The position numbers and the translations under genes were made by a program. A DNA stretch of 32,848 nucleotides from Patescibacteria group bacterium (GTDB lineage Bacteria > Patescibacteriota > Minisyncoccia > Phycocordibacterales > UBA2100): contig JANLHO010000049.1 in NCBI GenBank assembly GCA_024654485.1, positions 1 to 32,848 of the forward strand. Direction: 5' to 3'. The number at the start of each line of letters is the position of its first letter. Within the stretch, counting starts at the first letter, position 1. Shown in pieces: positions 23,881 to 32,848 of this stretch. The notes beneath the pieces were generated by a model. It saw only the letters and a list, made by a program, of their open reading frames with translations, searched no databases and was not told the DNA's origin.

Positions 23881-24555
23881 ATGAAAATCCTCATTGTTGA
23901 AGACGAAGAGAAGCTCGCGAATGCACTTGCGCGAGGACTCACCGTGAACGGCTACACGGTTGATACTGTTGCCGACGGCAAAAAGGCATTAATGCGCATA
24001 ACTCTTCATCGGAAAGATTACGACCTCATAATTCTTGACCTCATGTTGCCTTCTATGGACGGTCTGGAAATATGCCGGACAGCCCGTGAGCAGGGTGTCA
24101 CTATTCCCATACTCGTCCTCACGGCGCGAAACGAAACGGAGAAGAAGGTGAATCTTCTCCAATCGGGAGCTGACGATTACCTCGTGAAGCCGTTCTCGTT
24201 CGGCGAGCTCAATGCGCGTATCCAGGCGCTCCTACGCCGCCCGACCGAAGTGGTGCCTGAGATCTTGAAAACTGGCGACATTGAGCTCAACGTGATAGAG
24301 AGGCGCGTCAACCGCGGAGGAAAGAATATCTCCTTGACGCTCAAAGAGTTCGGGTTGCTGGAATACTTTATGCGCCACCCGGATCAGGTCGTGAACCGGG
24401 AGGATTTACTAGCGCACTTGTGGGACTTCAACTATGCTTCCTTCTCAAACGTCGTCGACGTCCACGTCAAAAACCTTCGCAAAAAACTCGGTGATGGCGG
24501 CACTGAGAACACTCTGGAAACGGTTCGCGGCATTGGCTACCGACTACGCGTATAA
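23881..24555 (+). CDS. OmpR/PhoB-family response regulator
   Basis: ILIVEDE, LDLMLP.MDG, LTAR, GADDYLVKPF, LTLKEF.LL, VVDVHVKNLRKKL, ETVRGIGY. Confidence 0.96.
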   Translation: MKILIVEDEEKLANALARGLTVNGYTVDTVADGKKALMRITLHRKDYDLIILDLMLPSMDGLEICRTAREQGVTIPILVLTARNETEKKVNLLQSGADDYLVKPFSFGELNARIQALLRRPTEVVPEILKTGDIELNVIERRVNRGGKNISLTLKEFGLLEYFMRHPDQVVNREDLLAHLWDFNYASFSNVVDVHVKNLRKKLGDGGTENTLETVRGIGYRLRV

Positions 24556-25654
24556 GTACCGATTCGATCCGTTTTTGCGAACCGAGGTGCATACAATGCT
24601 CGTCCTCGTCTCTTTTTCGCTTATCATCCTGATTTTTGTCGGCACTATAACGTACTTTCTCTACCGAGATGTTACAACGGTGATGTCGCAAGCGATCAGC
24701 GAAGCCATTGCCGCACAAACCGAGACTGCATCAATCGGGGCCAATGTCGTCTTAAAACTACAGAGCCTGCAGTTGAGAAATATTACGACGCTCGCGTCAA
24801 TCGTCATCGTCGTAACCGTCATTGCGGGCTACATCGTTGCGCGCGTCGTGCTTATGCCCACGAGGCGTGCGCTGGAGTTCCAGAAGCAATTTATCGGCAA
24901 TGTCGCGCATGAACTGCGTACCCCGCTTTCCATAATTAAGACCAACACGGAAGTCCGACTCATGGATGCCGACATACCGCCTGATGTGCAGGCTCTCCAT
25001 AAGGACAATCTCGAGGAACTAGATAGGATCTCCGAGATACTCAACAATTTGCTTTCCCTTTCCGGCTCCCTGCGGCCGGAACGTATTGAGTTTCAAGACA
25101 TTGATCTCGGTACAGTGGCGGAGATTGTTATGGGAAAACTGCGGGAGCTCGCGGACAGGAAGAGCCTCGTGATAACGGCGAAGGTGAGCGAGCGCCGGAG
25201 CGTGTGGGGCAACGCTTCAGCGCTAGAACAGATCGTCACCAATATCCTCAAAAACGCCGTTACGTACACGCCGAAAGGTGGGCACATTACACTGACCATT
25301 GAGCCGGTGCATCCGGACTTTATGGAACTTACGATACGGGACTCAGGTGTTGGTATAGCGCAGAAAGATCTTTTCCGCATCTTTGAGCCGTACTATCGTA
25401 CGGACTTATCACGCTCTCGCGCGAGAGGAGGGAGCGGTCTCGGGCTTACCATTGTGTCAGAACTCGTCAAACTCCACCAAGGCAAGATAACGGTGCAGAG
25501 TGTAGAAGGTCATGGTACGTCCGTGATGGTCCTTCTTCCCGCAGGGAAGAAGTACCTTAGAGAGAAGGCGAGAGGAAGTCGGGGTCGCGAGGGCATGAGT
25601 GAGATCGCGGTTGATTTCTCTCGTCACGGCAATAATCATTCAAATTCATCCTGA
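24494..25654 (+). CDS. two-TM sensor histidine kinase (HisKA + HATPase)
   Basis: H-box VAHELRTPL, N-box NILKNAVTY, G1 DSGVGI, F IFEPYYR, G2 GSGLGL. Start uncertain; overlaps the regulator. Confidence 0.92.
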   Translation: MAALRTLWKRFAALATDYAYKYRFDPFLRTEVHTMLVLVSFSLIILIFVGTITYFLYRDVTTVMSQAISEAIAAQTETASIGANVVLKLQSLQLRNITTLASIVIVVTVIAGYIVARVVLMPTRRALEFQKQFIGNVAHELRTPLSIIKTNTEVRLMDADIPPDVQALHKDNLEELDRISEILNNLLSLSGSLRPERIEFQDIDLGTVAEIVMGKLRELADRKSLVITAKVSERRSVWGNASALEQIVTNILKNAVTYTPKGGHITLTIEPVHPDFMELTIRDSGVGIAQKDLFRIFEPYYRTDLSRSRARGGSGLGLTIVSELVKLHQGKITVQSVEGHGTSVMVLLPAGKKYLREKARGSRGREGMSEIAVDFSRHGNNHSNSS

Positions 25655-25972
25655 ACTCACCTCTGTTTTTCTAAAATGTCGCACAGAAGTTCTTTGCGAC
25701 GGAGTTATTGTTATTAAGGTAAGGGAAATCTTCCGTATGCAAGGAGAGGATAGTGCCCGCCGATATATGGTGGGGCGAGCCGGGGAGGCGGGAACTCTGA
25801 GGAGCCTAGCCTCCCCGGCGTATGTGGGGCTCATCTCGCGTTCACGAATCCCGTTGCATAGTGCGAAAAAGGAGTGAAAACCCTGAAAGAGGCGCGAGTG
25901 TCTCTTCGTCTGTACATGAATGCGATGGGATTATATTGGTATCCGGAATATAAACGTCGCAATTATTTCTCC

Positions 25973-27310
25973 ATGACACAAGAAAAAATACAACAACACC
26001 GCGCACTGGTAGCGATGCCGCGGTATATTAACGAGATTACGTCCATTGGCGTAGTCGGCCTTGGATACGTTGGGCTGCCGCTCGCGATACTCGCGGCTTC
26101 GCGCGGATTCCGCGTGGTTGGCTTTGATATAGATGATGTAAAAGTCGCGCAACTTGCGCGACGAGAGGCTCACTTTTTGAGCAGCGAGGAAGCGGCGCTC
26201 TTTAAACACACGCCGACACTCTCTGTCACGGCAAATGAGCGCGATTTTGAGCGTCTTGACGCCTATATCATCTGCGTACCTACGCCGGTCCACGAGAACC
26301 ACTTGCCAGATCTGCGACCGCTTGAGAGTGCGTGCGCGATCGTCGGGCCTCATATCAAACATGGAACGCTCGTTGTCATAGAGTCCACCGTGAGCCCTGG
26401 TGTCTGCGAGGAAGTCGCGTTGCCGATCCTTGAGCGTTCATCGGGACGTTCGCGCGACGACTTCCATTTCGCGCACTGCCCGGAGCGTATCAATCCGGGC
26501 GACAAGGATTGGAACGTACACACGATATCTCGCGTCATTGGAGCCCGTACGCCTCACGACCTGGAACGAGCCTCCAAGCTTTATGAGAATCTTATAGATG
26601 CCGAGATCGTGCAAATGGGCTCAATAAAGGAAGCGGAGGCGGTCAAGATGGTGGAGAACGCGTTTAGAGACGTGAACATCGCGTTTGTGAATGAGCTGGC
26701 CATTAGCTTTGACCGAGCCGGGATTGATCTTGTGAACGTTATACGAGGAGCCTCAACAAAACCGTTCGGTTTCGTGCCCTTTTATCCGGGGTGCGGCGTC
26801 GGCGGGCATTGTATCCCTGTGGATCCGTATTACCTGATTCGCTACGGGAAGAGGAACGGGTTTGAGCATCGTTTTCTTATCGCCGCTCGCCGCGTCAATT
26901 CTCGCATGCCGCTTTACGCCGTGAGCGTTCTTGAGGAAGCACTTAAGGAAAAGAAGAAAAAGCTCTCGGGAGCAGTCGTTGCGATCCTTGGACTAGCGTA
27001 CAAGCGGGACGTTCCGGATGTACGAGAGAGTCCGGCGGCAGTGATCCATGACGCGCTCCTTCGTAAAGGTGTCGCGGTCCGCACCTTTGATCCATACGTT
27101 CCCGGAACGACCGCGAAGCGGCTGGAAGACGCGCTCAGCGGCGTTGACGCCGCTCTCGTAGCCACCGACCATACGCAGTTCTGCTCTCTTACGCCACAAT
27201 ATTTTGAGTCGCACGGAGTGGATGTTGTCGTGGACGGACGCAATTGTCTTGATAAAGAAGCTTTCATGAATTCGCGGATTCTCTATCGCGGTATCGGACG
27301 CAACGCATAA
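25973..27310 (+). CDS. nucleotide-sugar dehydrogenase (UDP-GlcNAc/ManNAc 6-dehydrogenase type, WbpA/WecC-like)
   Basis: GLGYVGLPLA, ICVPTP, IESTVSPG, PERINPG, K..EN.FRDVNIAFVNE, GVGGHCIPVDP, D.RESPA. Confidence 0.92.
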   Translation: MTQEKIQQHRALVAMPRYINEITSIGVVGLGYVGLPLAILAASRGFRVVGFDIDDVKVAQLARREAHFLSSEEAALFKHTPTLSVTANERDFERLDAYIICVPTPVHENHLPDLRPLESACAIVGPHIKHGTLVVIESTVSPGVCEEVALPILERSSGRSRDDFHFAHCPERINPGDKDWNVHTISRVIGARTPHDLERASKLYENLIDAEIVQMGSIKEAEAVKMVENAFRDVNIAFVNELAISFDRAGIDLVNVIRGASTKPFGFVPFYPGCGVGGHCIPVDPYYLIRYGKRNGFEHRFLIAARRVNSRMPLYAVSVLEEALKEKKKKLSGAVVAILGLAYKRDVPDVRESPAAVIHDALLRKGVAVRTFDPYVPGTTAKRLEDALSGVDAALVATDHTQFCSLTPQYFESHGVDVVVDGRNCLDKEAFMNSRILYRGIGRNA

Positions 27311-27313
27311 GAT

Positions 27314-28627
27314 ATGAACAACACGAGTACCAACATATCGGGTCGGGCAAGCGGGATAAAGGAGAAAGTAGACGGCATCGTCAGCAATCTCGGCGGCTGG
27401 TTCTTTTTCTTCAGCATCATCTATGTCATCCTCCTCTTTAAAGCGGTAACGTACGATTCAATCTCCAACCACGTCTTCTTCGGAATATACAGTTTACTAA
27501 TCACGACGTACATACTTTCTAGATTCCTTTTGGCGTATCTGCACAAACCGATTCCGGTTGATCTCACGTATGAACCGAGCGTGACATTCGTCGTTCCCGC
27601 AAAAGACGAGGAAGACAATATAGAGGAAACCATACGGCGATTTGCGGAGGTAGAGTACCCGAAGGAAAAAATAGAGGTCGTCGCCATCAACGACGGGTCC
27701 ACTGATAGTACGCTTGAGAGAATGTACAGTGTCGCGCACGAGATCAGAGATTCGGTAGGCCGCATAGAAGTGGTCAACTTCCAGAAGAATCGGGGCAAGC
27801 GATACGGCATGGCCGAGGGTGCAAAACGCGCTAAGAACGACGTCATAATATTCATAGACTCCGATAGTTTTATAGATCCGCAATCCGTGCGACACATGGT
27901 CAAATACTTTGCTGATCCGTCGGTCGGCGCCGTTTCGGGACACACGGATGTGTGGAACAGAGACACGAATCTCCTCACGCAAATGCAGGCCATTCGCTAC
28001 TACATCGCTTTCTCGGTGTACAAAGCCGCCGAATCCATCTTCGGAGTGGTCACCTGCTGCCCGGGCTGCTGCAGCGCGTACCGCAGGCGGTACGTTATGG
28101 AATTCATTGACGAATGGCTCCACCAGAGGTTCCTCGGCGTTCAGTGCACCTACGGGGACGATCGGTCATTGACGAATTTCATGATACGAAAATACCGCGC
28201 GGTCTATTCACCTATGGCGAAGGCGCATACCGTCGTGCCCGACACATTCCAGAAATATATGCTCCAACAGCAAAGGTGGAAGAGGTCGTGGATTAGAGAG
28301 ACTTTCATCGCCGCGACGTTCATGTGGAGAAAGAATCTCGTCGCTGCCTCGTCGTTCTATGCGTACATCTTCCTCGCATTCATCTCTCCCATAGTATTCT
28401 TTCGGGCCGTCGTCTGGTATCCGGTCGTGCACGACGGCTGGCCTGTAGTGTATCTTACGGGGCTTTTTCTTATGCTCTTTCTCCACGGGCTCTATTACAG
28501 GATCCATGTCGGCGCGCGCGCTTGGATCTTGGCAGTGGGAAGCTTTTGGCTCAACACCGTAATTCTCATGTGGCAGCTACCGTGGGCGGCATTGACGCTT
28601 CGCGACACGCGCTGGGGCACCCGATAA
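27314..28627 (+). CDS. processive GT2 glycosyltransferase, hyaluronan synthase/NodC-like
   Basis: NDGSTD, GKR, FIDSD, CCPG...YRR, GDDRSLTN, QQQRWKRSW; two N-terminal and several C-terminal TM helices. Confidence 0.88.
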   Translation: MNNTSTNISGRASGIKEKVDGIVSNLGGWFFFFSIIYVILLFKAVTYDSISNHVFFGIYSLLITTYILSRFLLAYLHKPIPVDLTYEPSVTFVVPAKDEEDNIEETIRRFAEVEYPKEKIEVVAINDGSTDSTLERMYSVAHEIRDSVGRIEVVNFQKNRGKRYGMAEGAKRAKNDVIIFIDSDSFIDPQSVRHMVKYFADPSVGAVSGHTDVWNRDTNLLTQMQAIRYYIAFSVYKAAESIFGVVTCCPGCCSAYRRRYVMEFIDEWLHQRFLGVQCTYGDDRSLTNFMIRKYRAVYSPMAKAHTVVPDTFQKYMLQQQRWKRSWIRETFIAATFMWRKNLVAASSFYAYIFLAFISPIVFFRAVVWYPVVHDGWPVVYLTGLFLMLFLHGLYYRIHVGARAWILAVGSFWLNTVILMWQLPWAALTLRDTRWGTR

Positions 28628-28633
28628 AAGCGT

Positions 28634-30217
28634 ATGTACGTAGACTTCTCAATTAGAAAAGCCGGGTTCCTCGCGCTCATCGCGTGCATTATGTTGTTCG
28701 CGGTGATCCAGACGTTTGCTCTCAAAGAGGGTCGGTATGGCTCAACCCCGCCGTTTGCCTCTTTCGGACTAATGTCGCAAGAAGTCGGTCTGCGCGCGCG
28801 ATATGCCATAGAGGGGAGCGTATTTAGACTTTCTCAAGCAGCGGGCTCCGCCTTCGCTTTCCTCGGCTTCAAGCCGCAGACAGACGGACCGTCGCGAAGC
28901 GCGCGGGCGATTCCCGTTCTCACGTATCACCGCATTGTGGGCAGTTCAAACGATTTCAACAACGTTACGACGGGAAACTTCAGAGACCAGATGTTCGCAC
29001 TCAAACGCGCCGGATGGGAGACGGTCACGCTCAAGGAGTACCGAGAGTTCATGGCGGGCACAAGGGAGCTTCCGGAGAAGTCATTCCTCATCACGTTTGA
29101 TGACGGAGCGAAGGAGAGCTTTTACCCCGTTGACCCGCTTTTTGACGTGCTCGGGTACGAGGGAGTTCTGTACGTCATCGCGTCCGCAATGTATACGCCC
29201 GAGAGCACCTACTATCTTTCTCCCACAGAGATACGCCGTCTTCTGGATACGGGGCGCTGGGAAATCGGCTCACACTCCTACGATGGACACCGACCGTATC
29301 CGGCCGATGCAGAAGGGAATACCGGCATTTTCTTTGCGGACAAGTTATGGCTTGAGGAAGAAAACCGTCTTGAAACGGATAAGGAGTTCACTTCTCGCGC
29401 ACGAGACGATCTAGTACATGCGCGGGAAGTGCTTGAGTCGGAATACGGAGTTTTAGTTGATACATTCGCATTCCCGCTCGGCAATGAAACCGGCATTGAG
29501 GGTGCGGCGAATTTCTCCGAAGGAGCGGCGATTACGGAACGCGAGGCCAAGAAGGTATATTCGCTCGGATTCCTCCAGACCGATCCTCATCGGTACTCTT
29601 CCAACTATCAGTCCGACGCCGGATCCATCGCGTACAGGATCCATGTTGATCATGACTGGGACGGTGAACGTCTTTTGCGCGAACTCCAAAATGGCCTCCC
29701 GAAAGACTTGCCATACGAGGACGATTTTTCGGAGGACAAAGGATGGATAGCCTCGTGGGGCGCGCTTGATCTCGGGAGAAATAATTTCTCTCTATCCGCC
29801 GACGAGGGAGCGTCAAGCGCGTCGGCATTTCTCGACGGCTCCAAGCTTTGGGACAACTACTCGTTCAATGTGTCAATGAATTGGCACGAGGGGTCCGCGT
29901 TCCTTATCGCAGATGTCGTGAACTCTAAAACGTATGACGCATGCGTGTTTTCCAACGGAGTTGTTCGGCTCCAAACGACAGTGAATGGAGAGACAAGTAC
30001 GCTCGCGGAGAAGCGCGACCCGAGCATACGTTTTGGCGACGGCGTACGTCCGGGGATTAGAGTGCACGATGCGGTCATTGAGTGCCTATGGAATTACGAG
30101 TCAATTCTGGAAGCGTACGAGCGCAGGAATATCGGGGGAGTGGGTGTTCAGGTGTGGAATCCGCAGCTTGGCACAGCCGCTCTCACTGTCTCCGATATCG
30201 CGGTACAACCGCTCTGA
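28634..30217 (+). CDS. CE4 polysaccharide deacetylase (IcaB/PgaB-like) with C-terminal beta-sandwich domain
   Basis: PVLTYHRI, LITFDDG, WEIGSHSYDGH, FAFPLG; N-terminal anchor; beta-rich C-terminal domain. Confidence 0.85.
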   Translation: MYVDFSIRKAGFLALIACIMLFAVIQTFALKEGRYGSTPPFASFGLMSQEVGLRARYAIEGSVFRLSQAAGSAFAFLGFKPQTDGPSRSARAIPVLTYHRIVGSSNDFNNVTTGNFRDQMFALKRAGWETVTLKEYREFMAGTRELPEKSFLITFDDGAKESFYPVDPLFDVLGYEGVLYVIASAMYTPESTYYLSPTEIRRLLDTGRWEIGSHSYDGHRPYPADAEGNTGIFFADKLWLEEENRLETDKEFTSRARDDLVHAREVLESEYGVLVDTFAFPLGNETGIEGAANFSEGAAITEREAKKVYSLGFLQTDPHRYSSNYQSDAGSIAYRIHVDHDWDGERLLRELQNGLPKDLPYEDDFSEDKGWIASWGALDLGRNNFSLSADEGASSASAFLDGSKLWDNYSFNVSMNWHEGSAFLIADVVNSKTYDACVFSNGVVRLQTTVNGETSTLAEKRDPSIRFGDGVRPGIRVHDAVIECLWNYESILEAYERRNIGGVGVQVWNPQLGTAALTVSDIAVQPL

Positions 30218-30373
30218 ACAAAGCACGAAAGTTTTGTACGGGCGCGGCTTCATGATAGTGGACATGAAGGAAATACCGTACTGCAGAAAATATTTTCTTC
30301 ATAAATCTATAGACATATCCTTAGGCGACGTGTACAAATATATGCAATGTACACGAAACCTATTTCGCTCCAT

Positions 30374-31240
30374 ATGAAACTGCCGGAGATTCAATTCCAT
30401 GGAGTCTTCGGCGTCATTTGCGTCGCTCTTCTCGTGCTTGCGGCAGCCGGTCTAAGTGTATTCTCCAGCGGAGAGCGCCCGCGTCCGGCCGCGCACGTCG
30501 TCGCGCCACTCATATATTCGTTCAATGCTCCCGGTATCCTGAACGAGGCGGGCAGAATGGACCACAGCACGAGTCCGTACTGGTGGCTCAACTCGGGAGG
30601 TCAGATGATCATTGAGGGAGGTTTCGGAAAAACCATGCAAGGAGAGGCATCGCCTTTCAATAAATGGCGATTGCTCTATGCGCTTACAAATCAGACCGAT
30701 ACGGACAGCGGCACGCACCCACAAAACATTTTCCGCCTTGTATCGCGAAGCTTGTGGGGAAACACAGAGACGCGGGTTTCTTTCCGCATTACCAACGTGA
30801 ATCTGAGTGACTCGCCGAACAGAAATGCTTCCAACGGTGTTCTCCTTCTCGGGCGCTACTATGACGATGACAATACGTACTACGCGGGAATCCGCGATGA
30901 CGGGCTCGCGATCATCAAAAAGAAAATCCACGGCGTCTACTATACGCTCGGCTCGGTCCAGATATTCGGGACGCCCGGAAAATACGATAGAAAAACAGTA
31001 CCAACGCTCCTGCCACAGAATTCTTGGATGGCGCTTAAAATGACCATACAGAATGCGTGGGACGGCTCTGTACTCATACGTTTATATCTGGATCGCGAGA
31101 ATGACGGGTCGTTCGTTTCAATTCTTTCGGCTCGCGATCTAGGAATGGAAGACATCCCGCTTAGAGAGGCCGGGTACGTTGGTATACGCACGGATTTCAA
31201 AGACGTGGAATTTGATTCTTTTCGCGCCGAGGAAATATGA
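30374..31240 (+). CDS. membrane-anchored ConA/lectin-like beta-sandwich protein
   Basis: N-terminal TM; GVLLLGRY.DDDNTYYAGIR, G.VGIRTDF..VEFDSF resemble jelly-roll (DUF1080-like) domains. Confidence 0.6.
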   Translation: MKLPEIQFHGVFGVICVALLVLAAAGLSVFSSGERPRPAAHVVAPLIYSFNAPGILNEAGRMDHSTSPYWWLNSGGQMIIEGGFGKTMQGEASPFNKWRLLYALTNQTDTDSGTHPQNIFRLVSRSLWGNTETRVSFRITNVNLSDSPNRNASNGVLLLGRYYDDDNTYYAGIRDDGLAIIKKKIHGVYYTLGSVQIFGTPGKYDRKTVPTLLPQNSWMALKMTIQNAWDGSVLIRLYLDRENDGSFVSILSARDLGMEDIPLREAGYVGIRTDFKDVEFDSFRAEEI

Positions 31241-31429
31241 TCCATAATGGATCCGGTATTCCGGTGTTGCACACATGAAAGGCGTGTGAAGATCGGAGTG
31301 GTCCGGCCGGGTCAGTAGGTAAGGACAGCTCGCGGATTTCGTCTGTACAAATAGCCCGGTAAGGTCTTTGGCCTTTTGTCGACGGGCGTACAGTAAAAGT
31401 GTGAAATTATCCATTAATAACTTAAAATT

Positions 31430-32224
31430 ATGAAAAGAATCTCAGCAATAGCTCTAATGTTGGGGCTGGTACTAGGAATCGCCCCGGTAGCGAGTGCGCA
31501 AGGCTTGTATCTCTATGGCAGTGGTAACTCCGAGACCTCTGTCGGCGCTGACGCTGACGGGATCGTGGATGTGAATCTTGACACGTCCGCCGATGTGGAA
31601 GCTGCCGCCGATGCGCAGGCTGCCGCAACGGGAGAGCAGAAAACGGAAGAAGATGCAGAAACGGGGGGAGATGCCGCTACGAGCGCCTCCGGTGATGTAC
31701 AGATAGGCGCGACGATTGGCGCAGAAGTGTCCGGTGGCACAGAAGGATCCAGTATCGTCATCACTCGTTCGTCGGCTTCGGCGGACAATACCGTCGCCGT
31801 GACCGCACCGAGCTCGGTGAGCACGAGCGCGGATCTTTCGGCTTACGCTTCCGCGGTAGTAGAGACTGACGAGAACGTGGATAGCGCGGAGCTCTCCAAC
31901 GAAGCAGTTTCTCTTGCCTACAAAGTCCGTGCGAAACTCTTCGGGATATTCCCCGTACTTATGCCGGCAACGGCAACAGTAACGGCGAGTGGTGAAACTG
32001 CGATTGAGTATCCGTGGTACTCAATCTTCGCGACCATTGATTCTGCGGAGTCTCTGGAAGCGGGGGTGATTGACGCAACGGCGACCACTCTATCTGCGAA
32101 CGCGAGTACGGAATTATCCGCATCCGCGCAGGCGCAACTTCTCAACCAGATTCACGCGGCGATGAGAAGCAACCTTGAAGCATCACTTGCGGCAGAGGCA
32201 TCCACAAACGCGACAGCGCAATAA
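31430..32224 (+). CDS. secreted Ala/Ser/Thr/acidic-rich hypothetical protein
   Basis: Signal peptide MKRISAIALMLGLVLGIAPVASA; low-complexity N-terminal half; motif KLFGIFPV...YPWY. Confidence 0.75.
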   Translation: MKRISAIALMLGLVLGIAPVASAQGLYLYGSGNSETSVGADADGIVDVNLDTSADVEAAADAQAAATGEQKTEEDAETGGDAATSASGDVQIGATIGAEVSGGTEGSSIVITRSSASADNTVAVTAPSSVSTSADLSAYASAVVETDENVDSAELSNEAVSLAYKVRAKLFGIFPVLMPATATVTASGETAIEYPWYSIFATIDSAESLEAGVIDATATTLSANASTELSASAQAQLLNQIHAAMRSNLEASLAAEASTNATAQ

Positions 32225-32404
32225 ACAAGGTCGCTCCCGTCATACCTCGCCCCACAGGGGCGAGGTATTTCGCGGGGAGACACCAGGCTTGTTTTTTGGA
32301 AGACGAAGCGCCCACCGGCGCTTCAAGTCTGTTAGCCTCTCTACCCGGAAGCCATGCTGCGGGGTATTCGGCTTCCAATAAACAAGGTCGCCCTCGTCAT
32401 ACCT
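32219..32404 (+). repeat. 29-bp direct repeat pair with hairpins between the copies
   Basis: CAATAAACAAGGTCGCTCCCGTCATACCT (32219-32247) versus CAATAAACAAGGTCGCCCTCGTCATACCT (32376-32404), 27/29. Perfect 12-bp hairpin at 32242-32268. Confidence 0.8.
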
Positions 32405-32539
32405 TGTTGCCCCGCCGCCATACAATTCCGGATTACTCCAGAGAAAAAATCAGAAAAGGAATAGCGGCGCGACGCAGGCCCGAGTTATTTCAAGCATAGA
32501 CCACTGGTATCGGAACAAGGAGACGAAGAATGTTGAGCT

Positions 32540-32848
32540 CTATTTCCCCGAGATTTGGACAGAACGTGGATGCGAAACTGATACTACGGTGCCGCGTTCT
32601 GTGCTAACTCTATTCACTTCGGCATTCAGTTGGTTTGCAAGTGACTCTATGATACTGGTACCCAGTCCTTCTCCTCTCGCGGCGGTTGCCGAAAGTCCGA
32701 CTCCATCATCGCCGATACTTAGCTTCCATTTTTTTGCCTGCGATTCATACGTCACTGTAATCTGACCCTCACCTTTGGGGAAAGCGTGTTTCAGAGAGTT
32801 CATGACCAGCTCTGTCGTGATGAGTCCCAAACCGATAGCCTCATCAGG
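32540..32848 (-). CDS. C-terminal HATPase domain of a HisKA_2/HWE-like histidine kinase (5' end outside the window)
   Basis: GLITTELVMNSLKHAFP, DDGVG, GLGTSII..LANQL. Confidence 0.85.
   Translation of the reverse strand, partial: PDEAIGLGLITTELVMNSLKHAFPKGEGQITVTYESQAKKWKLSIGDDGVGLSATAARGEGLGTSIIESLANQLNAEVNRVSTERGTVVSVSHPRSVQISGK

Noticed and set aside
25655-25972. c-di-GMP or other riboswitch upstream of the polysaccharide cluster
   Set aside because: A GC hairpin exists (25779-25789 / 25809-25819), but I could not match the consensus of any known riboswitch.
58-32499. Numerous antisense or alternative-frame ORFs in the six-frame track (e.g. 4609-5280, 8420-9250, 13556-14233, 15022-15729, 23006-23620)
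   Set aside because: They overlap well-supported genes or tRNAs, lack recognisable motifs, and are expected shadows in GC-rich coding DNA.
21867-32848. Prophage or integrase-driven genomic island at tRNA-Ala(GGC)
   Set aside because: No integrase, phage or transposase genes and no duplicated tRNA 3' end are visible within the window.

Overview
A 32.8 kb fragment of a bacterial chromosome. Gene content and style suggest Patescibacteria/CPR, probably Parcubacteria; this is an inference from two mreB paralogs, a short proS, a short holB-like gene, tRNAs without encoded CCA and many leaderless-looking genes. Bases ~1-21,300 are mostly housekeeping: csp, hpf/raiA, fmt-def, mreB, holB-like, frr, rseP, a 6S-RNA-like hairpin, proS, mreB-mreC-(mreD-like)-PBP2, greA, glpX, class I aldolase, tspO and prs. 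Six tRNAs lie at 18.8-21.9 kb: Ala-CGC, Val-CAC, Pro-CGG, Pro-GGG, Arg-CCG and Ala-GGC. An accessory region follows: cfa, a two-component pair, and an exopolysaccharide cluster (UDP-HexNAc dehydrogenase, hyaluronan-synthase-like GT2, IcaB/PgaB-like deacetylase, lectin-like protein). The most unusual signal is in the tRNA cluster. (1) A stand-alone 80-aa GIY-YIG nuclease gene sits between an intact tRNA-Ala and a duplicate of that tRNA's 5' half, and the duplicate carries two precise palindromic insertions. (2) An intact tRNA-Pro is nested inside a split, palindrome-interrupted copy of another tRNA-Pro. (3) A 45-bp element abuts the first base of two different tRNAs, each time preceded by a hairpin built from that tRNA's own first 9 nt. 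Related palindromes occur elsewhere, including apparently in frame inside def and fmt. Together these suggest a tRNA-targeted micro-element system possibly linked to the GIY-YIG enzyme (hypothesis). Other oddities are a heptamer-flanked, internally deleted four-helix-bundle gene and an ECF-like sigma factor with three helix-turn-helix modules.
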